Below the pieces are notes generated by a model, which did no database searches, was not told where the DNA came from, and was given only the letters and a program-made list of their open reading frames with translations. Shown piece after piece: positions 25,617 through 33,321 of a DNA stretch of 35,830 bases (the stretch's first letter is position 1; the number at the start of each line of letters is the position of its first letter). The position numbers were made by a program, and so were the translations under genes. This DNA comes from an uncultured Clostridia bacterium (lineage in GTDB: Bacteria; Bacillota; Clostridia; Christensenellales; UBA1242): positions 1 through 35,830 of the forward strand of contig CALWPE010000092.1 in the NCBI GenBank assembly GCA_944383345.1, written 5' to 3'.

Positions 25617-25871
25617 TCAATTATCTTCAATAACAACATTTTCATCATCGTTTTTATGCTTTTTTCTTGAAAAAAGTATAACTTTTCCTTTATTTTTTAA
25701 CATATTAAACAAAATCACCAGACAACAAACACCAATAGCAATGTACACAAGTCTTGAAAATATTGATGCTTGTGTTCCAAAAAATCCTGCAACAAAGTCA
25801 TATTGGAGAAGTCCTATACTCATCCAATTTAGTCCACCTAATATCAAAACGATAAAAGATATAATAACCAT
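25617..25871 (-). CDS. DUF378-family small membrane protein
   Basis: LILGGLNWMSIGLLQYDFVAGFFG...SRLVYIAIGVCCLVIL matches the DUF378 GxLNWGxxG...FG...SRxVY pattern. ATG 25871 is preceded by AAGGGA. Confidence 0.8.
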   Translation of the reverse strand: MVIISFIVLILGGLNWMSIGLLQYDFVAGFFGTQASIFSRLVYIAIGVCCLVILFNMLKNKGKVILFSRKKHKNDDENVVIEDN

Positions 25872-25947
25872 AATTCCCTTTGTAAATATTTTGTGAATAT
25901 TTTGCGTCAATATTCATATTATTTTATTATAGAAATTAAAAAAATGA

Positions 25948-25976
25948 TTGACAAAATATGACTGTATTGATACAAT
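25948..25976 (+). promoter_or_regulatory. Promoter for greA
   Basis: TTGACA (25948-25953), a 17 nt spacer ending in TGa, then TACAAT (25971-25976). Confidence 0.65.
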
Positions 25977-25994
25977 ACCACATGTTTTAAAAAA

Positions 25995-26023
25995 CAGGTG
26001 GCATTATGCCACTGCATTTTTTT
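25995..26023 (+). promoter_or_regulatory. Terminator-like hairpin plus T7 run inside the greA leader (possible attenuator)
   Basis: Stem GTGGCA (25998-26003) pairs with TGCCAC (26007-26012) and can be extended by G-U and C-G pairs. It is followed by CA and TTTTTTT (26017-26023). It lies between the promoter and the SD (AAGGAGG at 26032-26038). Confidence 0.4.
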
Positions 26024-26043
26024 AACTTATTAAGGAGGCTTAT

Positions 26044-26508
26044 ATGGAACAAGTATATTTAACAAAAGAAGGGAAAAAACAACTTGAAGAAAAACTTGAT
26101 TACTACAAGACAGTAAAAAGACCAGAAGTTACAAAAAGAATAGGTCTTGCTCGTGAATTTGGTGATTTAAGTGAAAATGCTGAATATGATGCTGCAAAAG
26201 AAGAGCAGGCAAGAATTGAAGGCGAAATTAGTGACATGGAACAAAAACTTCGTGATTGTATTATTATAGAAAAAGTTGATACTTCAAAAGTAAGTGTAGG
26301 TTGCAATGTTGAATTATTAAACAACACACTCGGTCAAACTGTAACTTATAAAATTGTTGGTTCAACAGAAAGTGACCCATTAAACGGACTTATTTCAAAC
26401 GAATCACCAGTAGGAAAAGCAGTTCTTGGTAAAAAACTTGGCGATGATGTTGTGGTAACAACTCCAAGTGGAGATATACATTTTACTGTTAAAAAGATAT
26501 TTGCGTAA
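26044..26508 (+). CDS. greA: Transcription elongation factor GreA
   Basis: LTKEGKKQLEEKLDYYKTVKRPEV...GDLSENAEYDAAKEEQ. Length is 154 aa and the SD is strong. Confidence 0.95.
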   Translation: MEQVYLTKEGKKQLEEKLDYYKTVKRPEVTKRIGLAREFGDLSENAEYDAAKEEQARIEGEISDMEQKLRDCIIIEKVDTSKVSVGCNVELLNNTLGQTVTYKIVGSTESDPLNGLISNESPVGKAVLGKKLGDDVVVTTPSGDIHFTVKKIFA

Positions 26509-26553
26509 AATTTTTGTTTATAATTTAATTTTTTGAATTTAAAAAAAATGTTG

Positions 26554-26586
26554 AATATTGCACTTTAAAGGTGCAATATTTTTTTG
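26554..26586 (+). terminator. Rho-independent terminator after greA
   Basis: Stem AATATTGCAC pairs with GTGCAATATT, followed by a T-run. Confidence 0.85.
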
Positions 26587-26677
26587 CTTTTATTTATCGA
26601 CAAAAATACATTATAAAACAAAAATTATTTGTAACATTTTTTTAAAAATGCCTTTATGCTTGTTGTCGAGGTGAAAG

Positions 26678-28960
26678 ATGAGCAAACAAAAATTTTTCTA
26701 TTCTTTTTGTAAGTACACATTATTTTTTGGACTTTTTTTCTTACTTTCAAGGGCGCAACTAAACGGAGTGATAAATCCATTTTCTTTTGGTATGTTTTTT
26801 GCACTTGTGTGGTGTAATCAAAATATCTTGATACTTTCTCCACTTTATATTGGTGCAAGATACCTTTCAGCATTCGCTTTATTTGACCTATATTCTGCAC
26901 TTGCAACTTGCCTTATTATGATACTAATTTATGGCGTGCATTTAAAGTTGAATAAAAGAATACTACCAACACTTATGATTGTTTACATACTTTTATGCCA
27001 AGCCGTTAGTGTGTTTTTAGATATCTATATAGGTGTTTCCCCGTTAGTTGTTTTTGTGGAACTTGTATTTGGTATGCTGTACACTTTTGTACTTATGAAA
27101 CTTTTTGAAAGCGTTTTAAGCATAGGTTTTGTCAAAAAATTCACTTTGACAAAGGCAATTTGTCTTGGAGTATTTCTTGTTTCTATTTCGTGTGCATTAA
27201 GAAGTGTGCAAATTTATGACTTCGATTTCGCAAAATTGTTTATTATGCTTGCAATTATCTTTTCAAGTCTAATCTTGCCACTTACCGAAGGTGGATTCAT
27301 TGTGACAATGCTTAGTCTTGGTACACTTATTTATGACAATGACCCATACTTAATTGCGCCTATGATTTTGACCTATCTCATTGTTTCGTGTTTTCGTGGT
27401 AAACATAGAATTTTCTCAATACTTGGAATGATTGTTTGCGAGTGTATGAATGTTTACTACTTCAACTTTTATTATTCAACTTCGCTGATTGTATTTTTAC
27501 CTTGTCTAATTACTGCACTTGTATCTTTAGCAATACCAGAAAAACATTACAAAAAACTAAACGAGCAGTACAATGCAAGTTTTTCAAATAGGAGTATGGA
27601 AACGGTCATAAATCGCACACAAAATGCAATTCATTCACGACTACTTCAACTTTCACAAGTTTTTTATGAGATGGATAAAGTCTTTCGTGGAATGATAAAG
27701 GGCAGGGCAAGCGAAGACGAATTAAAAGCGCTTATGCTTACCGAACTGAAAGGAAAACTTTGCGTAGATTGTCCAGAAAAAAACAGATGTCACAAACTTT
27801 ACAGTGACGAAACAGAAAAAATTTTTATGGCACTAATAGACAAAGCCTTTGCAAATGGTAGAGTTACTTTAATAGATATACCAACAACACTTACAGGCAG
27901 ATGCTTTAAAGTAAATCAACTTGTATATGCTATAAATGACTTAATCTCTCAGTACAAAAGTTATGCAACACTTGTTGGTAACATTGATGCGTCAAAAGTG
28001 CTAATAAGTGAGCAGTTATACGGCGTTAGTGATGTTTTAAAAAGGCTTGCAGATGAAACAAAGAAAAGTGTAGATTTTGATGATGGGCTTGAAAAGAAAA
28101 TAAGTGATGAACTACTGTATAATGATGTTGTTTGCAGTGATGTTATTGTTTATCACAAAAATGAAAATATTGTTTCTTGCACAATAGAAGTAAAGAAAGA
28201 AGATAGTTTAAAGAGCAAAATTTCATCAATAATTTCAAAAATTGTAAAATCTAAAATGGTTGTTGAAAACGACCAAACAAGTCCACATGCAGGTTGGCAA
28301 ATATTGACACTAAAAAATGCACCAAAGTATGATGTTATTTTTGGAACAAGCGCTTGCACCAAAACATCATCTACCAAAAGTGGTGACACATATTCTTTGA
28401 TTAGAATAGAAGAAGGAAAAATTCTTATGGCGCTTTGTGATGGTATGGGCAGTGGAGAAAAAGCACAAAGGACAAGCACAACGGCGATTTCTCTTGTAGA
28501 AAATTTCTACAAGGCAGGATTTCAAAGCGACATAATACTTTCGTGTGTAAATAAATTTTTATCACTAGGTGGAGAAGATACTTTTTCTTGTCTTGATATG
28601 AGCATAATAGATTTAAACAGTGGTGCAGTTGATTTTATAAAGTTAGGTGCAACTTTGGGCTTTATTAAACATAGTGACACAATAACAACTGTTGGGTGTG
28701 AAAGTTTGCCACTTGGTATAATTTCAACTATGTCGCCTACAATAAAAACAAACATAGTTAAAAGTGGGGATATGATTATTCTTGCAACAGATGGTGTCGC
28801 AGATAGTTTTGCATCAGATGAAGAGTATACCGATTTTATAAACAACACAAAAACATTAAACCCACAAGAACTTGCCGATAAGATAATGGACAAGGCACTT
28901 GAAAATAACCATGGTGTTGCAGTTGATGATATGACTATTTTAGTTGCAAAGGTATTTTGA
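26678..28960 (+). CDS. spoIIE: SpoIIE-type membrane PP2C serine phosphatase (stage II sporulation protein E-like)
   Basis: About 10 N-terminal TM helices, a central regulatory region, and a C-terminal PP2C domain (SGDTYSLIRIEEGKILMALCDGMGSGEKA ... ILATDGV ... DDMTILVAKV). SD is GAGGTGA. Confidence 0.8.
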   Translation: MSKQKFFYSFCKYTLFFGLFFLLSRAQLNGVINPFSFGMFFALVWCNQNILILSPLYIGARYLSAFALFDLYSALATCLIMILIYGVHLKLNKRILPTLMIVYILLCQAVSVFLDIYIGVSPLVVFVELVFGMLYTFVLMKLFESVLSIGFVKKFTLTKAICLGVFLVSISCALRSVQIYDFDFAKLFIMLAIIFSSLILPLTEGGFIVTMLSLGTLIYDNDPYLIAPMILTYLIVSCFRGKHRIFSILGMIVCECMNVYYFNFYYSTSLIVFLPCLITALVSLAIPEKHYKKLNEQYNASFSNRSMETVINRTQNAIHSRLLQLSQVFYEMDKVFRGMIKGRASEDELKALMLTELKGKLCVDCPEKNRCHKLYSDETEKIFMALIDKAFANGRVTLIDIPTTLTGRCFKVNQLVYAINDLISQYKSYATLVGNIDASKVLISEQLYGVSDVLKRLADETKKSVDFDDGLEKKISDELLYNDVVCSDVIVYHKNENIVSCTIEVKKEDSLKSKISSIISKIVKSKMVVENDQTSPHAGWQILTLKNAPKYDVIFGTSACTKTSSTKSGDTYSLIRIEEGKILMALCDGMGSGEKAQRTSTTAISLVENFYKAGFQSDIILSCVNKFLSLGGEDTFSCLDMSIIDLNSGAVDFIKLGATLGFIKHSDTITTVGCESLPLGIISTMSPTIKTNIVKSGDMIILATDGVADSFASDEEYTDFINNTKTLNPQELADKIMDKALENNHGVAVDDMTILVAKVF

Positions 28961-29040
28961 TAAAATATAATATAACAACATATTTTAAGAAGATTGTAAT
29001 TTTAATAATTTTATGGTACACTTAAACAAAGGAAAGAGTT

Positions 29041-29646
29041 ATGGAATTAAAATCTATATTAAAAAAAGAAAGACAAAAATTAAAAAGGTGTGAAAATTTA
29101 CTCAAAAATGCAAAAGTTTTGTATTGGAAAAAAGGCGCAACAATTAAAATTATTGACCTTTATGACGAGAAAAATGAAGATATAATCAAAAGAATTGAAG
29201 TTAGACACAAAATTCGTCAAATAAATAAAGCAATAAATCATTATCTAGTAGAAAAATTAAGAAGTAAAAATTTAGATATTGAACGCTACATGAAAAATTA
29301 TTGGGACGAAATTGTAGAAGGCTTTGCTACTCTCCATAACACATATAAGTCAGAAAATTCTTTTCAAAAAGCATTTTTGTACGATAAACAGTCACACCTT
29401 TATAGAAGATTTCAAGATTGCATATCTCTTGACAGTATGAAAAATTACCTATCATATCTTGAAACATATTTACAACTTTTAAAAGATATGGGGCATGAGC
29501 AATCTCTTGAAAAGACAAAACAAATATTTTCAAAAAAAGCAAATATGTCTGTAAAATATGTTGAACCAGCGCTACCATTAAATTGGGCAGATATTTATGA
29601 GCAAATACAATTTTTAAAAAGTAAAGATGCCGATGCACAACTTTGA
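29041..29646 (+). CDS. Hypothetical cytoplasmic helical protein (201 aa)
   Basis: No terminator separates it from spoIIE, so it may be co-transcribed. SD is AAGGAAAGAG. I recognise no motifs. Confidence 0.55.
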   Translation: MELKSILKKERQKLKRCENLLKNAKVLYWKKGATIKIIDLYDEKNEDIIKRIEVRHKIRQINKAINHYLVEKLRSKNLDIERYMKNYWDEIVEGFATLHNTYKSENSFQKAFLYDKQSHLYRRFQDCISLDSMKNYLSYLETYLQLLKDMGHEQSLEKTKQIFSKKANMSVKYVEPALPLNWADIYEQIQFLKSKDADAQL

Positions 29647-29661
29647 TGCGATCGGCTTTTT
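29629..29661 (+). terminator. Rho-independent terminator overlapping the stop codon
   Basis: GCCGATGCA ... TGCGATCGGC with one bulge, followed by TTTTT. Confidence 0.65.
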
Positions 29662-29772
29662 ATTAAAGTTAAATTTTGTTTAAATTGTTGTAATATTGTC
29701 GAAGGCAAAAATAGTGTAAATTTAATTTGACTTTAAATATTTTTTTTTGTTAATCTTTTTTTGGAGGTAAAT

Positions 29773-30705
29773 ATGAAATTAAAAAAACCATTACTTTTTG
29801 GCTTGGCATTGATGTTGACTGCAGGTAGTGCTATAACACTTTCTGCTTGTGGTAAAAGCGATATAAAGGTAGGGGCTCAAGACTTTTATGCAATGGCTGC
29901 ATTATCTAGTGTAAACTATTTGCAAGATGAAAAGGCACCAACAGGAGTTACAACAGGTAGGCTTAGTGAAGTTTTAGCGCAAGGGACAAATAGACCTGAA
30001 TCTGTTTCTACTCAAGATGTTGATAGTTTGGCGTCCTATATGGATATGTTTAGAGATATGTTATCTAGTGACACAAATAAATATTTCACCAATGGGCAGG
30101 TGACACAAGAAGATGTAAACTATCAAGACTATAATTTTAAGATGACATTTACAATCCCAACAAATGACGGTCAGCAAGATTTGGTTATGTATTATAATGA
30201 AGTCAAAACCGACACACATCAAGAAGTAGACGAAAACGAAGTGGAGTTAGAGATAAATACAACACTAAACGGAATCTTAGTTGACGGCGAAAATACTTAC
30301 ACTGTTGAAGGCATGCGTGAGTATGAAAAAGAAGGAAACAAAACCGAAGTTGCTTATGAGTTTAAGACATATTCTCAAGAAAATCCAAAAGACTATGTAA
30401 AAATAGAACATGAAAAAGAAAATGATGAGATTGAATATGAGTATCTAATTTACAAAAATGGTGTAAAGGCGAGTGAAACTTCTGTAGAATTTGAAAACGA
30501 AAGGGGAAGGAAAAGCCTAGAACTTGAATTTAAAGCAAATCAAACAAATCTAAAATATGAGATAACAGAAAGAGAACAAAATGTTTATCAAGTAAGACTA
30601 AAAAATAAAGCAAACAACAACGAAATAAAAGAAATATTTACAATAAAACCAGTACAAAATGGCTATCTTTTTGAATATTCAAACGGATATTCTGAGGTTG
30701 TATAA
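29773..30705 (+). CDS. Lipoprotein (310 aa), acidic and beta-rich
   Basis: MKLKKPLLFGLALMLTAGSAITLSAC carries the lipobox L-S-A-C. SD GGAGG lies 5 nt upstream of ATG 29773; the track's 29761 start is a TTG inside the SD region. Confidence 0.8.
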   Translation: MKLKKPLLFGLALMLTAGSAITLSACGKSDIKVGAQDFYAMAALSSVNYLQDEKAPTGVTTGRLSEVLAQGTNRPESVSTQDVDSLASYMDMFRDMLSSDTNKYFTNGQVTQEDVNYQDYNFKMTFTIPTNDGQQDLVMYYNEVKTDTHQEVDENEVELEINTTLNGILVDGENTYTVEGMREYEKEGNKTEVAYEFKTYSQENPKDYVKIEHEKENDEIEYEYLIYKNGVKASETSVEFENERGRKSLELEFKANQTNLKYEITEREQNVYQVRLKNKANNNEIKEIFTIKPVQNGYLFEYSNGYSEVV

Positions 30706-30744
30706 AACTTACAAAAAAAATATTTTCTAATTAAAAATAAAAAA

Positions 30745-30787
30745 ACACCTTAAAAATGAAGTGCACCCCACTTAAGGTGTTTTTTTA
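30745..30787. terminator. Bidirectional terminator between the lipoprotein gene and the convergent peptidase gene
   Basis: Stem ACACCTTAA (30745-30753) pairs with TTAAGGTGT (30772-30780), flanked by A- and T-runs. Confidence 0.75.
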
Positions 30788-31615
30788 TGCTTTATCTTTT
30801 TTGTCTTTTTCATCTTTTGTGTTTATAGGGGTATAAGATTGCAGTTGTGATACAGTTTTATTTTGCAAACGCTTGTATTCAAAAATATACAAAATCAGTT
30901 GATAGACATCAACGGTGATAATAAGACTACAAGGCAATGAGATTAAACAAACGATACCTTTTGGTGATGTAGCAAATGTTATAAAGTTTGTCAAGGCGTT
31001 TGGTTGGTCAATCCATTTTCCAATAACATATTTTTCATAAATTTGTGTATGGTCTGGGTTGACATTGTTTGTACCTTTTGTAGTGAACCATCTATTGCCG
31101 TTTGAGTCTGTTGTTATTCCATAAATAGCATGAAAAACAATTCTACCTTTTGCTCTTGCCTTGGGATAAACATCTTCTGTAACAGCACCGGGATTTGGAC
31201 AATCGGTGTCATAAAACTGATAAAATGCTATGTAATCACCAACTTCAAGCGAGTCGGTATCTGTTTGCTTGACAAATGTTTTTTCTCCAACTTTAAAACC
31301 TGCATCTTGCATAGAACCAGATACAATTCTTATTTGTGTGTAACCAAAAATAGAAGCAACACCTGTTTTTATTTTTGAAACAAGCACCGAAGACAATACA
31401 ATACCTATAACAATCATTATTGGGACTAAAAGTATATTAAAAATAATATCCATAACTCTTGTTATTTTTTTTAATAGTTTACCTTTTTTCTGTATTTTTT
31501 TATTTTCATTGTATTGGCTTTCAAGAAGATGTTGTATGCTTTCTTCTTGCATTGTTTGGTCTTGTTCTTTTTGTTGCTCTTGTTTGTTTATGTTGTTTTG
31601 CGTTTTTTCTTTCAT
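30785..31615 (-). CDS. sipW: ER/archaeal-type (SipW/Sec11-like, S26B) signal peptidase I with a polar N-terminal extension
   Basis: FGYTQIRIVSGSMQ gives the Ser box, RIVFHAIYG the His box, and FTTKGTNNVNPDH the 'KGDNN' box position. There is a TM helix before the Ser box and a C-terminal TM helix (IVCLISLPCSLIITVDVYQLILYIF). The Lys box of bacterial LepB-type peptidases is absent. Confidence 0.7.
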   Translation of the reverse strand: MKEKTQNNINKQEQQKEQDQTMQEESIQHLLESQYNENKKIQKKGKLLKKITRVMDIIFNILLVPIMIVIGIVLSSVLVSKIKTGVASIFGYTQIRIVSGSMQDAGFKVGEKTFVKQTDTDSLEVGDYIAFYQFYDTDCPNPGAVTEDVYPKARAKGRIVFHAIYGITTDSNGNRWFTTKGTNNVNPDHTQIYEKYVIGKWIDQPNALTNFITFATSPKGIVCLISLPCSLIITVDVYQLILYIFEYKRLQNKTVSQLQSYTPINTKDEKDKKDKA

Positions 31616-31652
31616 CGGCTTATTCTACTATAAATAATGATTTTTTAAAAGT

Positions 31653-31678
31653 AAAAAAAGGCATTTTCTGCCTTTTTT
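31653..31678. terminator. Terminator between the P2 gene and the peptidase gene
   Basis: AAAAAAGGCA-TTTTC-TGCCTTTTTT. The GC core is short, so some read-through is plausible. Confidence 0.6.
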
Positions 31679-31697
31679 ACTTTGTTTTAAATTAAAT

Positions 31698-32321
31698 TTA
31701 TGCCGTTTGGTCAAGTGTAATGGTAATATCAAAGTCAGCAGCAGCAGCAGCTCTTTCAGTTAATGCAGCAAGGTCAACATTTGCAGCAACAACTATGTAA
31801 AATTCACCAGTTCCGTTTGTTGCAGCAAGTTCTACATCAGCATCAAGTGCTGTGTTGTTTGCAAGTGCTGTCATTGATGCATCAAAAGTTTTGCCATAGT
31901 AAATTGTAAGTTCTGTGTTGTCAACGGCTGTTGCAGCAATGTGTGCATATACAACTTTTGTTGATTTATTTGTAAATTCAAACTTGTAAGCATAGTAGTT
32001 GTGATTATCTTCAACATTAAATACAATTGGTGTAGCAGCCTGTGATTTTTGGTCTTCATCAGATGTCTTTGTGACAAGTTCTGACCAAGAAACAGAACCA
32101 GTTGGTGCTGAAGCAACTGCAGTATTTCCAGCATTGAGATATTCACTTGCAACGACTTGTACTTTTGTTTGACCTGCTGATGTGATTGTGATGGTGTTTG
32201 AGATTTCAAGAGATTGGGCAAGTGCAGCATAAACAGAAACGCCAACAAGTAAAAGACATACAAGGATACTTACAGCAAGAGAAACAATTTTCACTTTGAT
32301 AGATTTTTGTTGTTTTTCCAT
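31698..32321 (-). CDS. Secreted Ala/Thr/Val-rich ~207-aa protein (P2). Candidate major subunit with a SipW-cognate-like signal peptide (TasA/camelysin-like architecture).
   Basis: The signal is MEKQQKSIKVKIVSLAVSILVCLLLVGVSVYA|ALAQSLEISNTITIT. SD is AAGGAGAG. It has a near-consensus promoter and its own terminator, and its composition is atypical for this Lys/Asn/Ile-rich genome. Confidence 0.65.
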   Translation of the reverse strand: MEKQQKSIKVKIVSLAVSILVCLLLVGVSVYAALAQSLEISNTITITSAGQTKVQVVASEYLNAGNTAVASAPTGSVSWSELVTKTSDEDQKSQAATPIVFNVEDNHNYYAYKFEFTNKSTKVVYAHIAATAVDNTELTIYYGKTFDASMTALANNTALDADVELAATNGTGEFYIVVAANVDLAALTERAAAAADFDITITLDQTA

Positions 32322-32351
32322 TTTTCTCTCCTTTTATTTAAAATCTAATTT

Positions 32352-32380
32352 AATATATCACACAAAAAAAATGGTGTCAA
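32352..32380 (-). promoter_or_regulatory. Strong promoter for P2
   Basis: Minus strand reads TTGACA (32380-32375), a 17 nt spacer ending in TGa, then TATATT (32357-32352). Confidence 0.65.
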
Positions 32381-32449
32381 AGATATTTTCTTTATTTTTT
32401 AATGTATTTTATAATATTTTTTAATGTTTTAAAAAATTTGTTACATTAG

Positions 32450-32478
32450 TTGACAAGACCTTTTCATTTATATATAAT
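32450..32478 (+). promoter_or_regulatory. Perfect-consensus sigma-A promoter about 205 nt upstream of P3
   Basis: TTGACA (32450-32455), exactly 17 nt, then TATAAT (32473-32478). A second candidate, an extended -10 (TGtTATAAT), lies at 32627-32635. Confidence 0.6.
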
Positions 32479-32682
32479 ACAACGAAAAGTAGTTTTAGAA
32501 TTATAATCATCTCATAAACTATATTGTTACAAAATACGACATTTTTTTTGCGTATTTTAAATACCAATTTTGGTACAAATTATACACTTTTGTGTCACAT
32601 TTTGGGTATATATAGGTATATATTTGTGTTATAATTACGCTATATTATAGTATATTATTATGTTATTTAATTTGATAGAACG

Positions 32683-33321
32683 ATGGAAAATAGAATTAAA
32701 AGAAATTTAATTGTTAAAATAATTATTTTGTCTGCAGTACTTGTTTCACTTGTATGTCTATTTTCTTATACCGTTTATGCTTCTATGACCCAAACTTTAT
32801 CCATTGGGGCACAAATTATAATAACTGACGATGGTCAGGCAAAAAGTGTCATAAATATATATGAAACATTGGGACCAAACGACAATACTACATTTTTGGA
32901 ACTCAACCAAGAACCAAACTTTGAACTTGCATTTACAAAACAAAGAGATGAAGATAGTGCTTTTGGTAACTTTAACATAAAACCAACATTTGGTGGCGAA
33001 AATGAATATAGATATTACATTATGAAAATAGAGATACAAAATGTTTCTACTATTCCACTTAGTTACAGGGCAAGGGTAATAAACGAACTTGGTGAAGATT
33101 TTGTTTTTTCTTCACAGTTACAACTTTTGTATATGCAAAATCAAGGCAATCCATTCTCGTTGGTAGATATATCAAACATTGAAGGGATTGTTGATGTACA
33201 ACAAAAAATTGAAAGATACATAGTTTTGACAATTAAAGATGGTGTAGATTTTGTGGACTTAGTGCCAACAAACACACATTCTTTTTATCTTAATATCGAG
33301 GTGAACGCAAATGAAAACTAG
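32683..33321 (+). CDS. Secreted ~212-aa protein (P3), a paralogue of P2 and P1
   Basis: The signal is MENRIKRNLIVKIIILSAVLVSLVCLFSYTVYA|SMTQTLSIGAQIIIT. It shares ordered motifs with P1 and P2. There is no SD before the ATG. Its stop region overlaps the start of the next gene. Confidence 0.65.
   Translation: MENRIKRNLIVKIIILSAVLVSLVCLFSYTVYASMTQTLSIGAQIIITDDGQAKSVINIYETLGPNDNTTFLELNQEPNFELAFTKQRDEDSAFGNFNIKPTFGGENEYRYYIMKIEIQNVSTIPLSYRARVINELGEDFVFSSQLQLLYMQNQGNPFSLVDISNIEGIVDVQQKIERYIVLTIKDGVDFVDLVPTNTHSFYLNIEVNANEN

Noticed and set aside
31871-32263. A 130-aa ORF on the same strand as P2 in another frame (Gln/Leu/His-rich)
   Set aside because: It is embedded entirely in P2. Its composition is the frame-shifted reading of Ala/Thr/Val codons, and it has no independent SD.
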